Positions 17,467 through 27,051 of a stretch of DNA of 64,000 nucleotides are shown here, piece after piece (the first letter of the stretch is position 1; every line of letters begins with the position of its first letter). A program made the position numbers and the translations under genes. The stretch is from positions 1 through 64,000 of IMG/VR virus record IMGVR_UViG_2883187667_000001. One strand, written 5' to 3'. This stretch comes from a virus (Duplodnaviria > Caudoviricetes). The notes under the pieces are model-generated. The model searched no databases. It saw only the letters and a program-made list of their open reading frames with translations, and was not told where the DNA came from.

Positions 17467-18326
17467 CCATCAATCACACCCACAACCAGCTCATCGACGA
17501 TTTGGCAGCGCATCTACGCGGCACAACAAATCGTCTTGTTTGGACGGACATGCAGCTCGGCCCCGCAGGATCGCCGCGCCCCGACCTGTTTACGCTTGAT
17601 AAATCGTACTCAAAATTCCTGCCCCTGGCATACGAGATCAAGGTAACGTTATCTGACTTCAGGCGAGATATTACTGCCGGAAAATGGCAGTCGTATCTCA
17701 AATATGCCAGCGGGGTTTATTTCGCTGTGCCGCAAGGATTAGTGTCTCGCGACGACATACCGCCCGGATGCGGGCTGATTGTGCGCACTGAGACCGGCTG
17801 GCGGAGTCTGCGCAAGCCGACACTCCAGCATAAAGAAAGCTTGCCACACGCAGCATGGATGAAACTTGTGCTCGACGGTTGCGATCGATCAGCAACTGAT
17901 TTACGGCTGAGATCAGGATCAACGTATCGAGCAAACAGGGAAATACAACGCAAATTTGGCGAGCGTGTTGCCGCAGCCCTATCCGACAGAGATAGGGCTG
18001 AATCAAACCTGAAGCAAGAACAAGCCATTCTTGAATCCAGATTGCAGGATTTGCGCGACAGCCACGAGAAAAACCGCCTGAAGTTAATCGACGAGATCAG
18101 ACGGGAAGATGCCATCGGCGTACGCGCCCATACTGAGCTGGCTACTGCGTTGGGTCTGAGTCCGGATGCTGACGTGTACACCATTAGGCAGGCCGCACAC
18201 AGCGCTGCAAGGCGTCTTGATGCAAACAGCGAGATAGCCGCCCTAAGAAATGTTTTGTCGCGTACAAAAATCGCTCTGGATGATGCGCTGAGGCGCGATC
18301 CACTGCTGTCTATGGAGCAAGAATGA
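17463..18326 (+). CDS. PD-(D/E)XK (MmcB-like) nuclease domain + coiled coil
   Basis: RPDL...YEIKVTLSDFRRD...KWQSY...YFAVP. Confidence 0.7.
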   Translation: MTINHTHNQLIDDLAAHLRGTTNRLVWTDMQLGPAGSPRPDLFTLDKSYSKFLPLAYEIKVTLSDFRRDITAGKWQSYLKYASGVYFAVPQGLVSRDDIPPGCGLIVRTETGWRSLRKPTLQHKESLPHAAWMKLVLDGCDRSATDLRLRSGSTYRANREIQRKFGERVAAALSDRDRAESNLKQEQAILESRLQDLRDSHEKNRLKLIDEIRREDAIGVRAHTELATALGLSPDADVYTIRQAAHSAARRLDANSEIAALRNVLSRTKIALDDALRRDPLLSMEQE

Positions 18327-18392
18327 CTATTGACGCGCCGGCAATTCGGAACTATGCCGCATGCTCTGGCAGCAATTCCTTGAGCGCGTCGT

Positions 18393-18608
18393 TCAAGCCG
18401 CCTGTAATTCGCGTAGCGGAAGATTCGATACCACAATGGATTGAATATCCGTTTTCTGGCTGGCATGTTGTATATCAATACCCACCAAAGTGCCATCAGT
18501 GGAAAAGTCCAATACCACATCATCGGCTACTTCGTCAGAATCCGCTGCCTGTGAATCAGAAATATGGATATAGAGCGAATCGGTTTCAGCATCGTAACTT
18601 AGTTTCAT
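18393..18608 (-). CDS. DUF2283-family antitoxin
   Basis: MKLSYDAETDSLYI...DF..DG.LVGIDI. Confidence 0.85.
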   Translation of the reverse strand: MKLSYDAETDSLYIHISDSQAADSDEVADDVVLDFSTDGTLVGIDIQHASQKTDIQSIVVSNLPLRELQAA

Positions 18609-18844
18609 GGGTTGAATCTCCTGTCAGGAAAAGCGTTATGCAAAGTTACGCCGTCACTCAGCGTGACTACGCGCAAGTATTTGCCAAGTTCAGGCACATA
18701 GACCCAGTATCGAATCCGGCCATCCGGCTGAATTTCTCGGCGGACGGGATTATTCAGCGCCTCAATGCACCATTCCAGCTTGAGATAAACGCGTTTAATC
18801 AGCACATCATTCTGAAAGTACAGCGTGGTGGGATGGTTATTCAC
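18605..18844 (-). CDS. DUF4258/RelE-like toxin paired with DUF2283
   Basis: EW....L.NP...EIQPDGRIRYW...GKYLRVV..DG..LHNAFPDR; coupled to antitoxin. Confidence 0.75.
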   Translation of the reverse strand: MNNHPTTLYFQNDVLIKRVYLKLEWCIEALNNPVRREIQPDGRIRYWVYVPELGKYLRVVTLSDGVTLHNAFPDRRFNP

Positions 18845-19021
18845 CTGGGTCAGTTCTCCGTTTATCTGACTCGCAGTCTACAACATTTGACAAGCGCCTG
18901 CTTCCGTGGTTTGCTATTGGCTATCGCCCCTCATGGGCGATACGGGTTTGGTCGCCCGGTAGTTGCAGGCGCAGAAGTTACGCGCCGACAGGTTCGTGGC
19001 TTTTTTTATGCCCTCACGATT

Positions 19022-19101
19022 ATGGTGGGTGGCGTATGGGGAGGCCGCGAGGCCTGCCGGTTCCTGTACCCGGTCGACCAACCCCCTACGTCATCCGCCG
19101 C
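19022..19101 (+). ncRNA. c4-type antisense RNA (P1/P4 immI-like)
   Basis: Cloverleaf-like fold with GGCC-GCGA-GGCC hairpin; loops TCCTGTA and CGACCAA complementary to TACAGGA (19140) and TTGGTCG (within GTTTGGTCG at 18946 and 19107). Confidence 0.85.
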
Positions 19102-19153
19102 CCTGAGTTTGGTCGCTTCGGTCGGCGGTTACTTAACCGTACAGGAGCCCACC

Positions 19154-20068
19154 ATGAATACCATTACCCAAGTCACGCCCGAAATCCGTCTGCACGATGG
19201 AAAAGCCGTCACTACGTCAATTGCTGTCGCTCAATATTTCACCAAGACGCACGACAACGTACTCAAAAAAATCCGTTCACTGATAACTCAGTTATCGCCC
19301 GACGACTGTGCCGTTACTTTTAACGAGACAGTAATCGACGTTGTCGTGCCAGCCAGCGGTGGAACCCGCAAAGACCCCGCCTACGAAATAACCAAACGCG
19401 GCTTCACCCTACTGGCAATGGGATTCACCGGCGAGAAAGCGCTGCAATTCAAACTGCGTTACATCGACGCCTTCGAGGCGATGGAAGCGCAATTGTCGCC
19501 AACCCAAATAAAAAAGCGCCTCCGCCGCTCCGTAGCCCAACACCCCGCACTGCCTCCATCGCGTCGTATACGCAGCCGAGACGATCTGAGCTTTACCAAG
19601 CGCGACACAGAGGGGAGATTAATCAACTGGATAGTGCAAAGTCCGGTCAACAGCTGGCACGAACACCACGGAATCGGAGAAATCTGGTTCAACGAAATCG
19701 TCGAACTAGCGCGCCATAGCCCAGAGGATGCCTATATCGCCATGAAGTGCGCAGGGCCCGCGCTGATGCGTTATTCCGGGTCAGGCCATGCCGACGGCTT
19801 CTTTGACCGCATGGCGCGCTGGGCGCTGTCCGCAATCCTGACGCAGGACGCGCCCGATCTACCGTTCCAGTGTCTGCAGATGGGCATGGCGCCCCTGGTG
19901 GGAATGGATAGCTTTCTGGAGAAAGCAGCACCTAATGAACTCGAATTTAAATCCATCGTCAGCCGCTTGCGTGACCCTGATTTACGGATTGATAACGAAC
20001 TCATTTCTGAAATTGGCAGAGCCTGTCTTGAGGTTCTCGTTAAACGTGCGCAAGGGGGAAACCATTAA
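19154..20068 (+). CDS. Rha-family antirepressor/regulator
   Basis: TTSIAVAQYFTKTHDNVLKKI, GFTLLAMGFTGEKALQFKLRYIDAFEAME; AGGAG RBS. Confidence 0.9.
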   Translation: MNTITQVTPEIRLHDGKAVTTSIAVAQYFTKTHDNVLKKIRSLITQLSPDDCAVTFNETVIDVVVPASGGTRKDPAYEITKRGFTLLAMGFTGEKALQFKLRYIDAFEAMEAQLSPTQIKKRLRRSVAQHPALPPSRRIRSRDDLSFTKRDTEGRLINWIVQSPVNSWHEHHGIGEIWFNEIVELARHSPEDAYIAMKCAGPALMRYSGSGHADGFFDRMARWALSAILTQDAPDLPFQCLQMGMAPLVGMDSFLEKAAPNELEFKSIVSRLRDPDLRIDNELISEIGRACLEVLVKRAQGGNH

Positions 20069-20187
20069 TCCGACAACCGCCAAGATCCTCACCGGCCTGC
20101 TGATACTCCCGGCAGGCGTGGTGTTTATCGCGCTGTTCTGCGTGGTCATGGCTGCTCGCGTGGCACTTTGGAGGGCGTGTCGATTTT

Positions 20188-20237
20188 ACCTGCAACGCAC
20201 CTGTAACGTTTCAGGTTTGTTTCAGGTCGTTGCAGGT
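20188..20237. repeat. Iteron cluster 1 (ACCTGHAACG-like, 2 direct + 3 inverted)
   Basis: Copies at 20188, 20199 and inverted at 20207, 20218, 20228. Confidence 0.7.
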
Positions 20238-20287
20238 TTGTTTATGTCTTGTTTCCGTTCGTTTCAGTTGAGAAATTCAGGTAACAA

Positions 20288-21187
20288 ATGAACTATTTTC
20301 CATTCCACATCGGCGACTACATCAGTTCCACGCGGCATTTGACGTGGGACGAAGACTGCGCCTATCGACGGCTGATGGATGTTTATTACACGACTGAAAA
20401 GCCGCTACCACTTGATGAAAGGAAACTGTTCAGACTCGTGCTTGCGTCTACCGACGCGCAACGGGAAGCGGTTTCAGTTGTGATAGAGGAGTTTTTTACT
20501 AAAACAGATGGTGGATGGGTTAATAAGCGAGCGGATTCCGAAATAGCGTCTATGCGCGAAAAACAATCTGAACACGAGATTCGCTCGGCCCATGAGCGCG
20601 ACAGAATGTCCAGGCACAGAGAGCGCAGATCTGAAATGTTTTCCGCCCTGCGCGAAGTCGGAGTTGTTCCCGCCTGGGATATATCCATGAAGGAGTTGCA
20701 GCGTTTATTCGGCGAGAACTGTGAGGATTTATCGTCTGATGAACCTGAAACGCACCTGAAACGCGAACAGGCCGTTGCAGGTTCACTACCTGCAACGGCT
20801 ATACCAATACCAACACCAATACCAACACCAGTAATAAAAGAAAAGAGAGTATCCGCTCCTCCGGAGCGGACGCGCGCGAAAAAAAATTTGGTAACGGCGA
20901 TCAATGAAAATTTCGAGCCTTCCGAAGCCGTGTTGTCGTGGTATGCACGTCAGGGTTACACCGAGCCGATAGCTGCCCATGTCGATTCATTCGTGAACAA
21001 ATGCAAGGCAAAAAACTACCGATACGCAGACTGGGACGCGGCATTCCGCAATGCAATTACGGATGACTGGGCGAGGTCTCGAACGAGGAAAGTCAATGAG
21101 TCAGGAAAAAACCCGATGCAAATCAATTCAGGATTTGCTGAAAAATATGCCGGAATTGGACAAACCGGCGCCAGCGATGAGCGCTGA
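20288..21187 (+). CDS. YdaU/DUF1376-family replication initiator
   Basis: MNYFPFHIGDY...TRHL...AYRRLMDVYY; C-terminal DWDAAFRN; upstream of DnaC-like gene. Confidence 0.85.
   Translation: MNYFPFHIGDYISSTRHLTWDEDCAYRRLMDVYYTTEKPLPLDERKLFRLVLASTDAQREAVSVVIEEFFTKTDGGWVNKRADSEIASMREKQSEHEIRSAHERDRMSRHRERRSEMFSALREVGVVPAWDISMKELQRLFGENCEDLSSDEPETHLKREQAVAGSLPATAIPIPTPIPTPVIKEKRVSAPPERTRAKKNLVTAINENFEPSEAVLSWYARQGYTEPIAAHVDSFVNKCKAKNYRYADWDAAFRNAITDDWARSRTRKVNESGKNPMQINSGFAEKYAGIGQTGASDER
20743..20797. repeat. Iteron cluster 2 inside initiator gene (probable ori)
   Basis: ACCTGAAACG x2 (20743, 20754), inverted CGTTGCAGGT (20773), ACCTGCAACG (20788). Confidence 0.7.
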
Positions 21188-21854
21188 AGAGTTGATGATG
21201 CAAGTCGCTGAAATCAGCAGAAAAGCTGCGCAAACGCTCGCTGATGAACGTAAAGCGAACCGGCAGCGCCATATCACCGAAATGCTGAGGCGATCCGCGT
21301 TACCGCGAAGATTCTCCGGTGCGCGCATGATGGACTGCAAGAGAACTCAAGCTCCAGCCTATGCGCAAGCTCGTGAATTTATTTCTGGTTTTCGCGCCCG
21401 CCTTGAGACGGGGTCAGGGATGGTTGTCTGGGGTGATGTCGGAACCGGGAAAACACATCTGGTTTGCGCCATAGCCAACGAGCTGATTGCTCAAGGCCAC
21501 TCTGCAATGTACTGCACGGCGCTGGAGGCGGTAACCCTGGTGAAATCAACATGGAAGCGCGGCAGCAATGGGTTAACAGAATACGATGTATACGGTCGAT
21601 TCGGTGACCCTGAGTTGCTGATTATGGACGAAATTGGGGTGCAAATGGGATCTGATTTTGAACGCATGGTTTTGACCAGCATTGCCGATACCCGCAGCAG
21701 AAACTGCATGCCAACGATCATCGTATCGAACCTGGATTTATCGGGAATTTATGAGCTGATCGGTGAGCGCATGTTTGATCGACTGGTTGGGTTTGACGCG
21801 AAGATTGTGCGGATGGAAGGTAGATCACTGCGCCTGAATACGGTTGCGGCCTGA
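21177..21854 (+). CDS. DnaC/IstB-like helicase loader ATPase
   Basis: GDVGTGKTHL, LLIMDEIG, PTIIVSNL, RMFDRL. Confidence 0.9.
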   Translation: MSAEELMMQVAEISRKAAQTLADERKANRQRHITEMLRRSALPRRFSGARMMDCKRTQAPAYAQAREFISGFRARLETGSGMVVWGDVGTGKTHLVCAIANELIAQGHSAMYCTALEAVTLVKSTWKRGSNGLTEYDVYGRFGDPELLIMDEIGVQMGSDFERMVLTSIADTRSRNCMPTIIVSNLDLSGIYELIGERMFDRLVGFDAKIVRMEGRSLRLNTVAA

Positions 21855-22321
21855 TGCGCGTTTTCGCCATCAAATCACCCTCAGGTGCGCTGATACCGCA
21901 CGGCGATGAAGCTGCGGAACTGTTCAGGTCGCTAAAGGTCGGCCACCCGGTTTCCGTTGAGATCAAGCGCCCAAGGAACTACCGGTTTCACAAGAAGATG
22001 TTCGCGCTGTTCAAGCTGGCATTCGATGTGTGGGAGCCGGGTGAACTGAAATACAAGGGCATTGTTGTCGAGAAGGAATTCAACCGGTTTCGGAAGGATA
22101 TGACCATATTGGCCGGGTTTTGCAAGCCGGTGTACTGCATCAACAGCGAGGTGCGCCTGGAAGCCGAAAGCCTGTCGTATTCCGGCATGGACGCTGACCG
22201 GTTCGATCTGGTTTACCGCGCAGTGCGGAATGTCGTCTGGAAGCATGTGCTACAGCACGCCGGTTATCGCAGTGAAGCGGAAGTTGACCGTGTTGTGAAT
22301 GAGTTGATGGGGTTTGATTGA
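21854..22321 (+). CDS. DUF1367/NinB-like protein
   Basis: RPRNYRFHKKMFAL, FRKDMTILAG, SLSYSGMD. Confidence 0.75.
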   Translation: MRVFAIKSPSGALIPHGDEAAELFRSLKVGHPVSVEIKRPRNYRFHKKMFALFKLAFDVWEPGELKYKGIVVEKEFNRFRKDMTILAGFCKPVYCINSEVRLEAESLSYSGMDADRFDLVYRAVRNVVWKHVLQHAGYRSEAEVDRVVNELMGFD

Positions 22322-22629
22322 TGAGCACAGCCGCCGAAAAACGCTACATGGCGCAAGTAGCGGCGCTGGGATGCGCGATATGCCGGCGGCTTGGTTTGGG
22401 GGTGACGCCGGCGCAAGTGCATCACCCGCGGGCAGATGCGGGCATGGGGCAACGGGCCAGCGACTTCGACACGATACCGCTTTGTCCCTATCACCATACC
22501 GGGGACGGCGGGTTTCATGCGCTGGGGCCTGTTCGGTTTGCGGCGGAGTACGGGGTTACGGAGCGCGAGTTGACGGAGCAGACGCGGCGGGATGTCGAGC
22601 AAGCGAATACCGATGCGCGGTTGTGGTAG
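22321..22629 (+). CDS. Ref-like HNH recombination-enhancement nuclease
   Basis: VAALGCAIC...AQVHH...GMGQRAS...IPLCPYHH. Confidence 0.8.
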   Translation: MSTAAEKRYMAQVAALGCAICRRLGLGVTPAQVHHPRADAGMGQRASDFDTIPLCPYHHTGDGGFHALGPVRFAAEYGVTERELTEQTRRDVEQANTDARLW

Positions 22630-23003
22630 GTCAGGCGCCCGTTTGGTTGAAATGCTCCGAATGCAAGTACCTGTTCATGCCGGAGGGTATTTGCAAGGTA
22701 GCGGAGCGTAGGCAGCAGGAATACCATCATAATCCGGATAACGTGATCGGATTATTTCCGCGGTACCGATACAGGCCGGTGCTTGATAAGTATCGTTGGT
22801 GTGATTTTGGGAGGATCAGATGAATAGAAAAACACGACAGGTTTTACGGCGCTGCTTCAAGCCCCGCATAAAGCGGATCGGCGACGTTTATTGGTGCAGG
22901 TATCGGGAGTTCAATATTTCAGGATGGACGCCAACCGACGCCTATAGAAATCTAATGCAGCAGGTGTTACATGGATAAAAACTAACCCGAGTAAGGCTGA
23001 AAT

Positions 23004-23735
23004 ATGAATGACACGGCGATTCCAGAAGCTTCAGGACCGGTTAATCAGGGTACGATAACCGGCGTTATCAATCGCAACCATAAAAAACCGCAGCTCAGGA
23101 AGGCGGTTTCATACCACGGAGCAACGATAAAGGAAGAGCGTCGCGAGTTGGTTCGAACCTTCGGTGAACGCATGCGAGCGGCTCGCGAGCTATGCAATCT
23201 GACGCAAAGCGAGGCGGCCAGACGCTTGGGGTATGGAAACTCATCGAAGCTCGCAAAAATTGAAAATTCGTCCGACACCAATTCAATTCCGTTCCTGCTG
23301 ATCAGGCGCGCCGCCAAGGTTTATGAGGTTTCCGCCGATTATCTGCTCGGCGCGGCCGATGATTGGGAGACGGACGCACGAATGACTCAAGAGCGGGCCA
23401 CTTCCGCTTGGCTCATGGATGCTTGGGAAAACACGCGGCGGCGTGACTTGGAAACCCTGCGAAAATTGCATGACAAGTTTTCGAATATGGAGCGCTGCAT
23501 TGTCGCAATGGTGGCCGCTGGCCATGACGCAGAGCAAGCGATACTCCGGTTCAGTGAGTTGAACCCCACGTTCGAGGACGAGATGCGTGGCGGCGCCAAA
23601 CTGATAACGGCTATCGGCGACATATCGGATATTACCCGGTATGCCGAAGAGGTTATGCGCAGGTTCCGCATTGAGTGTATAGCCACCAAGCAAACGGACA
23701 TGTTCAACTCGTCATGGCAGCAAAACCTAAACTAA
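23004..23735 (+). CDS. Xre-family HTH regulator (candidate late activator)
   Basis: RMRAARELCNLTQSEAARRLG...LAKIEN; last gene before terminase. Confidence 0.75.
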   Translation: MNDTAIPEASGPVNQGTITGVINRNHKKPQLRKAVSYHGATIKEERRELVRTFGERMRAARELCNLTQSEAARRLGYGNSSKLAKIENSSDTNSIPFLLIRRAAKVYEVSADYLLGAADDWETDARMTQERATSAWLMDAWENTRRRDLETLRKLHDKFSNMERCIVAMVAAGHDAEQAILRFSELNPTFEDEMRGGAKLITAIGDISDITRYAEEVMRRFRIECIATKQTDMFNSSWQQNLN

Positions 23736-24562
23736 CCCCGGGGGAGTGGCTTAATGTCAGATCCAGATGGCAGGAAGACCCGAGAAAGGGATTCTCGTGG
23801 CTGATTGAGGAACTCAGCTTGCCGGTGAGCGATGAAGCCGTGCGTCAACGATCAAAGGCCGAAGGTTGGGCCAAAGGATCGGTAGCGCCACAACAACCCA
23901 AGAAACCAGCCACAACAAGACCTGCTGCCTGTATCAAGAAAAAATCCAAGCTTGGAAATACAGAAACCAAGCTTGGAAAAGCAAATCAGCATCAACCCAA
24001 GCTTGGAAGCGATGAGCCCAAGCCTGGGAGTGAGCGTGGGATTGGTCGCCCTACCCTGTACCGTGACGAGTATGCGGAGCAAGCATATAAACTTTGCCTG
24101 CTTGGCATGACCGATGCGGAAATGGCCGAGTTCTTCGAAGTTTCCGAATCGACGATCAATCTATGGAAGATAGAGTACCCCGAATTTTCGGAGTCCATAG
24201 CGATGGGTAAAGGCGTAGCCGATGCAGCCGTTGCGGAAGCGCTCTACAAATCGGCAACCGGCGCTCATTTTATCAAGGAAGACCGCGCCGTCAGCGATGG
24301 CTGCGGCGGAACCAAGATCATCACCATGGAGAAGCAACTACCGCCAGAATCGCGCGCGCAATCCTTCTGGCTGAAGAACCGGCAGCCCCAGCAATGGCGC
24401 GACAAGGTGGAAGTCAATGCGACTATGAAACTGGATCAAGAAACCCTGGCGATGATAGAAACGCAGTTCGTCGCCCGAATGGCCGCTGCCCATGAACGGC
24501 AGCGCGCGGTGCTGATCGAGCGCGGGATCGTGATTGATGCCGAAGACACTGATCTTCCATGA
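23714..24562 (+). CDS. Terminase small subunit (PacA-like)
   Basis: GRPTLY..EY, FFEVSESTINLW, FWLKNRQPQQWRDK; upstream of large subunit. Confidence 0.85.
   Translation: MAAKPKLTPGEWLNVRSRWQEDPRKGFSWLIEELSLPVSDEAVRQRSKAEGWAKGSVAPQQPKKPATTRPAACIKKKSKLGNTETKLGKANQHQPKLGSDEPKPGSERGIGRPTLYRDEYAEQAYKLCLLGMTDAEMAEFFEVSESTINLWKIEYPEFSESIAMGKGVADAAVAEALYKSATGAHFIKEDRAVSDGCGGTKIITMEKQLPPESRAQSFWLKNRQPQQWRDKVEVNATMKLDQETLAMIETQFVARMAAAHERQRAVLIERGIVIDAEDTDLP
23946..24027. repeat. Four CCAAGCTTGG palindromes in terS (candidate pac site)
   Basis: Copies at 23946, 23967, 23997 and 24018 (CCAAGCCTGG); spacing 21/30/21. Confidence 0.7.
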
Positions 24563-26102
24563 TCCGCGTTACCTCGACTTTGTAGACAAGTACCACGCCG
24601 ATCCCCTGCGTTTTGCTGTCAGCGTATGTGGCATGTCGCCGTCTCAGGACCAGGAAGACCTCCTGCATGCCATCACCCCGGCCAACGCCAAGGTATCGGT
24701 CGTATCAGGCACATCGACAGGAAAAACGGCTGGTTTTGGGCGAATTGCCCTATGGCACCTGCTCTGTCACCCCGTTGCGGTTTACGAAGGAAAGATCGAG
24801 ATAGGTTCGAACACCTACATCGGCGCGCCGCGAATCAATCAGGTGTCCGATGGCGTATGGAAGGAGATGAACGACGTTTATCTTGCCATCGCCAGCGGGC
24901 CGTATGCCTGGATCAACGACTATTACGAAATCAACAAGACGCGCGTGGTGGTCAAGGGGTTCGAGGATCAGTGGTTTATTGCCCAGGTCGCCATGCAACA
25001 AGGTCAGTCGATTGGCGTGGCCGGCAAGCACCGGTATTGGCAGCTCATTATCATCGACGAAGCCGCCGGCGTGTCGGATGATCACTTCGATGTGATTGAT
25101 GGCACCCAGACCCAGCCCGGAAACAGAACGCTGATGGCGTCTCAGGGAGTCAAGAATGCCGGGCGTTTTTATGAGTCACACAACAACCTTTCCAAGGCCA
25201 ATGGCGGCTCATGGACGGCGCTGCGCTTCAGTTCCGAGCGGTCGCCATTCGTTACGCGGCAATGGCTGAAGGATCGCGCCGATGAAACCGGTGGGCGGAA
25301 GTCCATAGAATACCGTATTCGCGTGCTTGGTCAGTTTGCCGAGGATTCAGGTAGCATTCTGCTGACGCGCGTGGATCTTGAAAAAGCGTTTAACCGTGGC
25401 AGCATCATCGGCGATGACGAGCCTTACGGCATACTGGTGTTGGGCGACGTGGGCATGGGCGAATACCGCGACGATTCAGTTGCAGTCATCGCCAAGGTAA
25501 TCGGATATGGCGATTTCGGGCCGGACGCAAGGCGCGTCGAATACATTGAAATACCCTACTGCACCAACAGCAAAAACGAGATTATTTTCGCGGGTGACTT
25601 GGTAAATCTGGTTGGCAAACTGTCGAACGCTACGCTGCTGGTCGACAACGGCGGCGTCGGCGCCACGGTCAACAAACTGATTGAGGCCTCCGGCGTCCCA
25701 GTGGTAAAGATCAACTGGGGCAGTCCATGCTTCAAGAAGGAGTACAAGGACCGGTTTTACAATCGCCGGGCCTGCGCCATGGTCCGCTTCCGCGATGCCA
25801 TCAAATCCGGGCGCGTATCGTTCCGAATGGAGATAGACAAGCGGCTGAAGGAAAAGATTCTGCTACAGGGTTCCCGCCTGCCCTACCACTTCGCGGAAGC
25901 CGGTGGGCTGCGCTATGTCATGGAGAAAAAGGAAGTGATGCGCGCCAATGGCATCAAGTCGCCGGACATCATCGACGCGAAGTCGTTCGCGTTTCTGGAG
26001 GACGCGGTTTACATGGCGCGCGAGGGAGACGGTGTCAATTCTGCCGGCGTGGTGGCTTCGGCTCTGGCAGAGGCTGAAGAGATGTTTGCGGATTTGGTTT
26101 AG
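24537..26102 (+). CDS. Terminase large subunit (P1 PacB-like)
   Basis: SGTSTGKT, IIIDEAAGV, EYRIRVLGQF, KSPDIID. Confidence 0.9.
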   Translation: MPKTLIFHDPRYLDFVDKYHADPLRFAVSVCGMSPSQDQEDLLHAITPANAKVSVVSGTSTGKTAGFGRIALWHLLCHPVAVYEGKIEIGSNTYIGAPRINQVSDGVWKEMNDVYLAIASGPYAWINDYYEINKTRVVVKGFEDQWFIAQVAMQQGQSIGVAGKHRYWQLIIIDEAAGVSDDHFDVIDGTQTQPGNRTLMASQGVKNAGRFYESHNNLSKANGGSWTALRFSSERSPFVTRQWLKDRADETGGRKSIEYRIRVLGQFAEDSGSILLTRVDLEKAFNRGSIIGDDEPYGILVLGDVGMGEYRDDSVAVIAKVIGYGDFGPDARRVEYIEIPYCTNSKNEIIFAGDLVNLVGKLSNATLLVDNGGVGATVNKLIEASGVPVVKINWGSPCFKKEYKDRFYNRRACAMVRFRDAIKSGRVSFRMEIDKRLKEKILLQGSRLPYHFAEAGGLRYVMEKKEVMRANGIKSPDIIDAKSFAFLEDAVYMAREGDGVNSAGVVASALAEAEEMFADLV

Positions 26103-26130
26103 AGAAAACATGAGGATAGTAGGAAAATCT

Positions 26131-26817
26131 ATGCACGATATTTTAAGGCGAACCATTTATTCACTGAACGATCGGAAAGAAAAACTCGCACGCTTCAGTT
26201 TGAAGGCCGCAGGACTCAATGACGACCCATCGTTTCTCGCAATTGGATTGCGGGAATATCTTCCAACAAAAAAACTTACCGTACAACAGGCCGTAGCCTT
26301 ATCCGTAGGGATTAATCCCAAGCATGAGTTCAGCACCCTTACATACGATGAACGCGACGTTATCCAATACGCTACCGGCGACGCTCAGGCGCGTTTAAAG
26401 GAGTTTTTCGAGCGTTGCAAGCTGATTCGGGATCACCTGCACGAGCGATCTATCCCCGTACTGGAAGTTTCTCCGAATTATCTGTTCCACAAGGTCATGC
26501 TTGATGATGTATTGTCATGGGTTGAAACAATTGTCGAACAGAAACCTAAAATTGGCGTAACTAAAGCAACAACAAAGCCCCCTGGAAAAATGTCTGATGT
26601 CGAGTTAAGTCAAGCCTACGGAATGACGGTTTACATGGCAAACAATCTTCTGATAATTTTTCTGGAAGCGGACAGACTAAGTATTGATCTTAACGCACCG
26701 CTCCGTGGTGAGCGCGCCAAACTACAGCAGAACGTCATAAAACATCTTAGCGTAGGTAAATTCAATCGTGCCTGGAAATCCGGACTAGAATGCGGGGTCA
26801 TCGCTCAAGGAACGTGA
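26131..26817 (+). CDS. Hypothetical moron protein
   Basis: AT-richer ORF between terL and late promoter; AGGA RBS. Confidence 0.6.
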   Translation: MHDILRRTIYSLNDRKEKLARFSLKAAGLNDDPSFLAIGLREYLPTKKLTVQQAVALSVGINPKHEFSTLTYDERDVIQYATGDAQARLKEFFERCKLIRDHLHERSIPVLEVSPNYLFHKVMLDDVLSWVETIVEQKPKIGVTKATTKPPGKMSDVELSQAYGMTVYMANNLLIIFLEADRLSIDLNAPLRGERAKLQQNVIKHLSVGKFNRAWKSGLECGVIAQGT

Positions 26818-26829
26818 AATTAACACTCG

Positions 26830-26952
26830 TGAACAGCCCATCGAAGGTCGCCAATTCCAATGACTCCTTGGTTTTACTGGGTACCCGCCGGTGAATAACT
26901 TCGGATTTGTACAAGCCGTTGATGGTTTCAGCTAGCGCGTTGTCGTAGCACA
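26830..26952 (-). pseudogene. IS3-family transposase (OrfB) fragment
   Basis: Minus strand translates to YDNALAETINGLYKSEVIHRR...KTKESLELAT. Confidence 0.85.
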
Positions 26953-26978
26953 CTGCCAGCTGTAACCCATCAATAAAG

Positions 26979-27019
26979 CGGAAACTCGCCCGTTTCGCCC
27001 CTTTCGCATCAGGTATTTT
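26979..27019 (+). promoter_or_regulatory. Late promoter motif (before protease operon)
   Basis: CGGAAAC ... TATTTT ending 40 nt later, same geometry as five other copies. Confidence 0.55.
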
Positions 27020-27051
27020 GACTGCATCATCACAAAATACCCAGCCATGCC

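Noticed and set aside
18323-19153. N-terminal half of the 581-aa ORF as real coding sequence
   Set aside because: It is antisense to the TA genes and runs through the c4 RNA; Rha has its own RBS at 19154 (a short Ash/Icd-like leader peptide is not excluded)
20801-20830. Tandem ATACCA/ACACCA repeats
   Set aside because: Encode the PIPTPIPTP linker common in this initiator family; not a separate element
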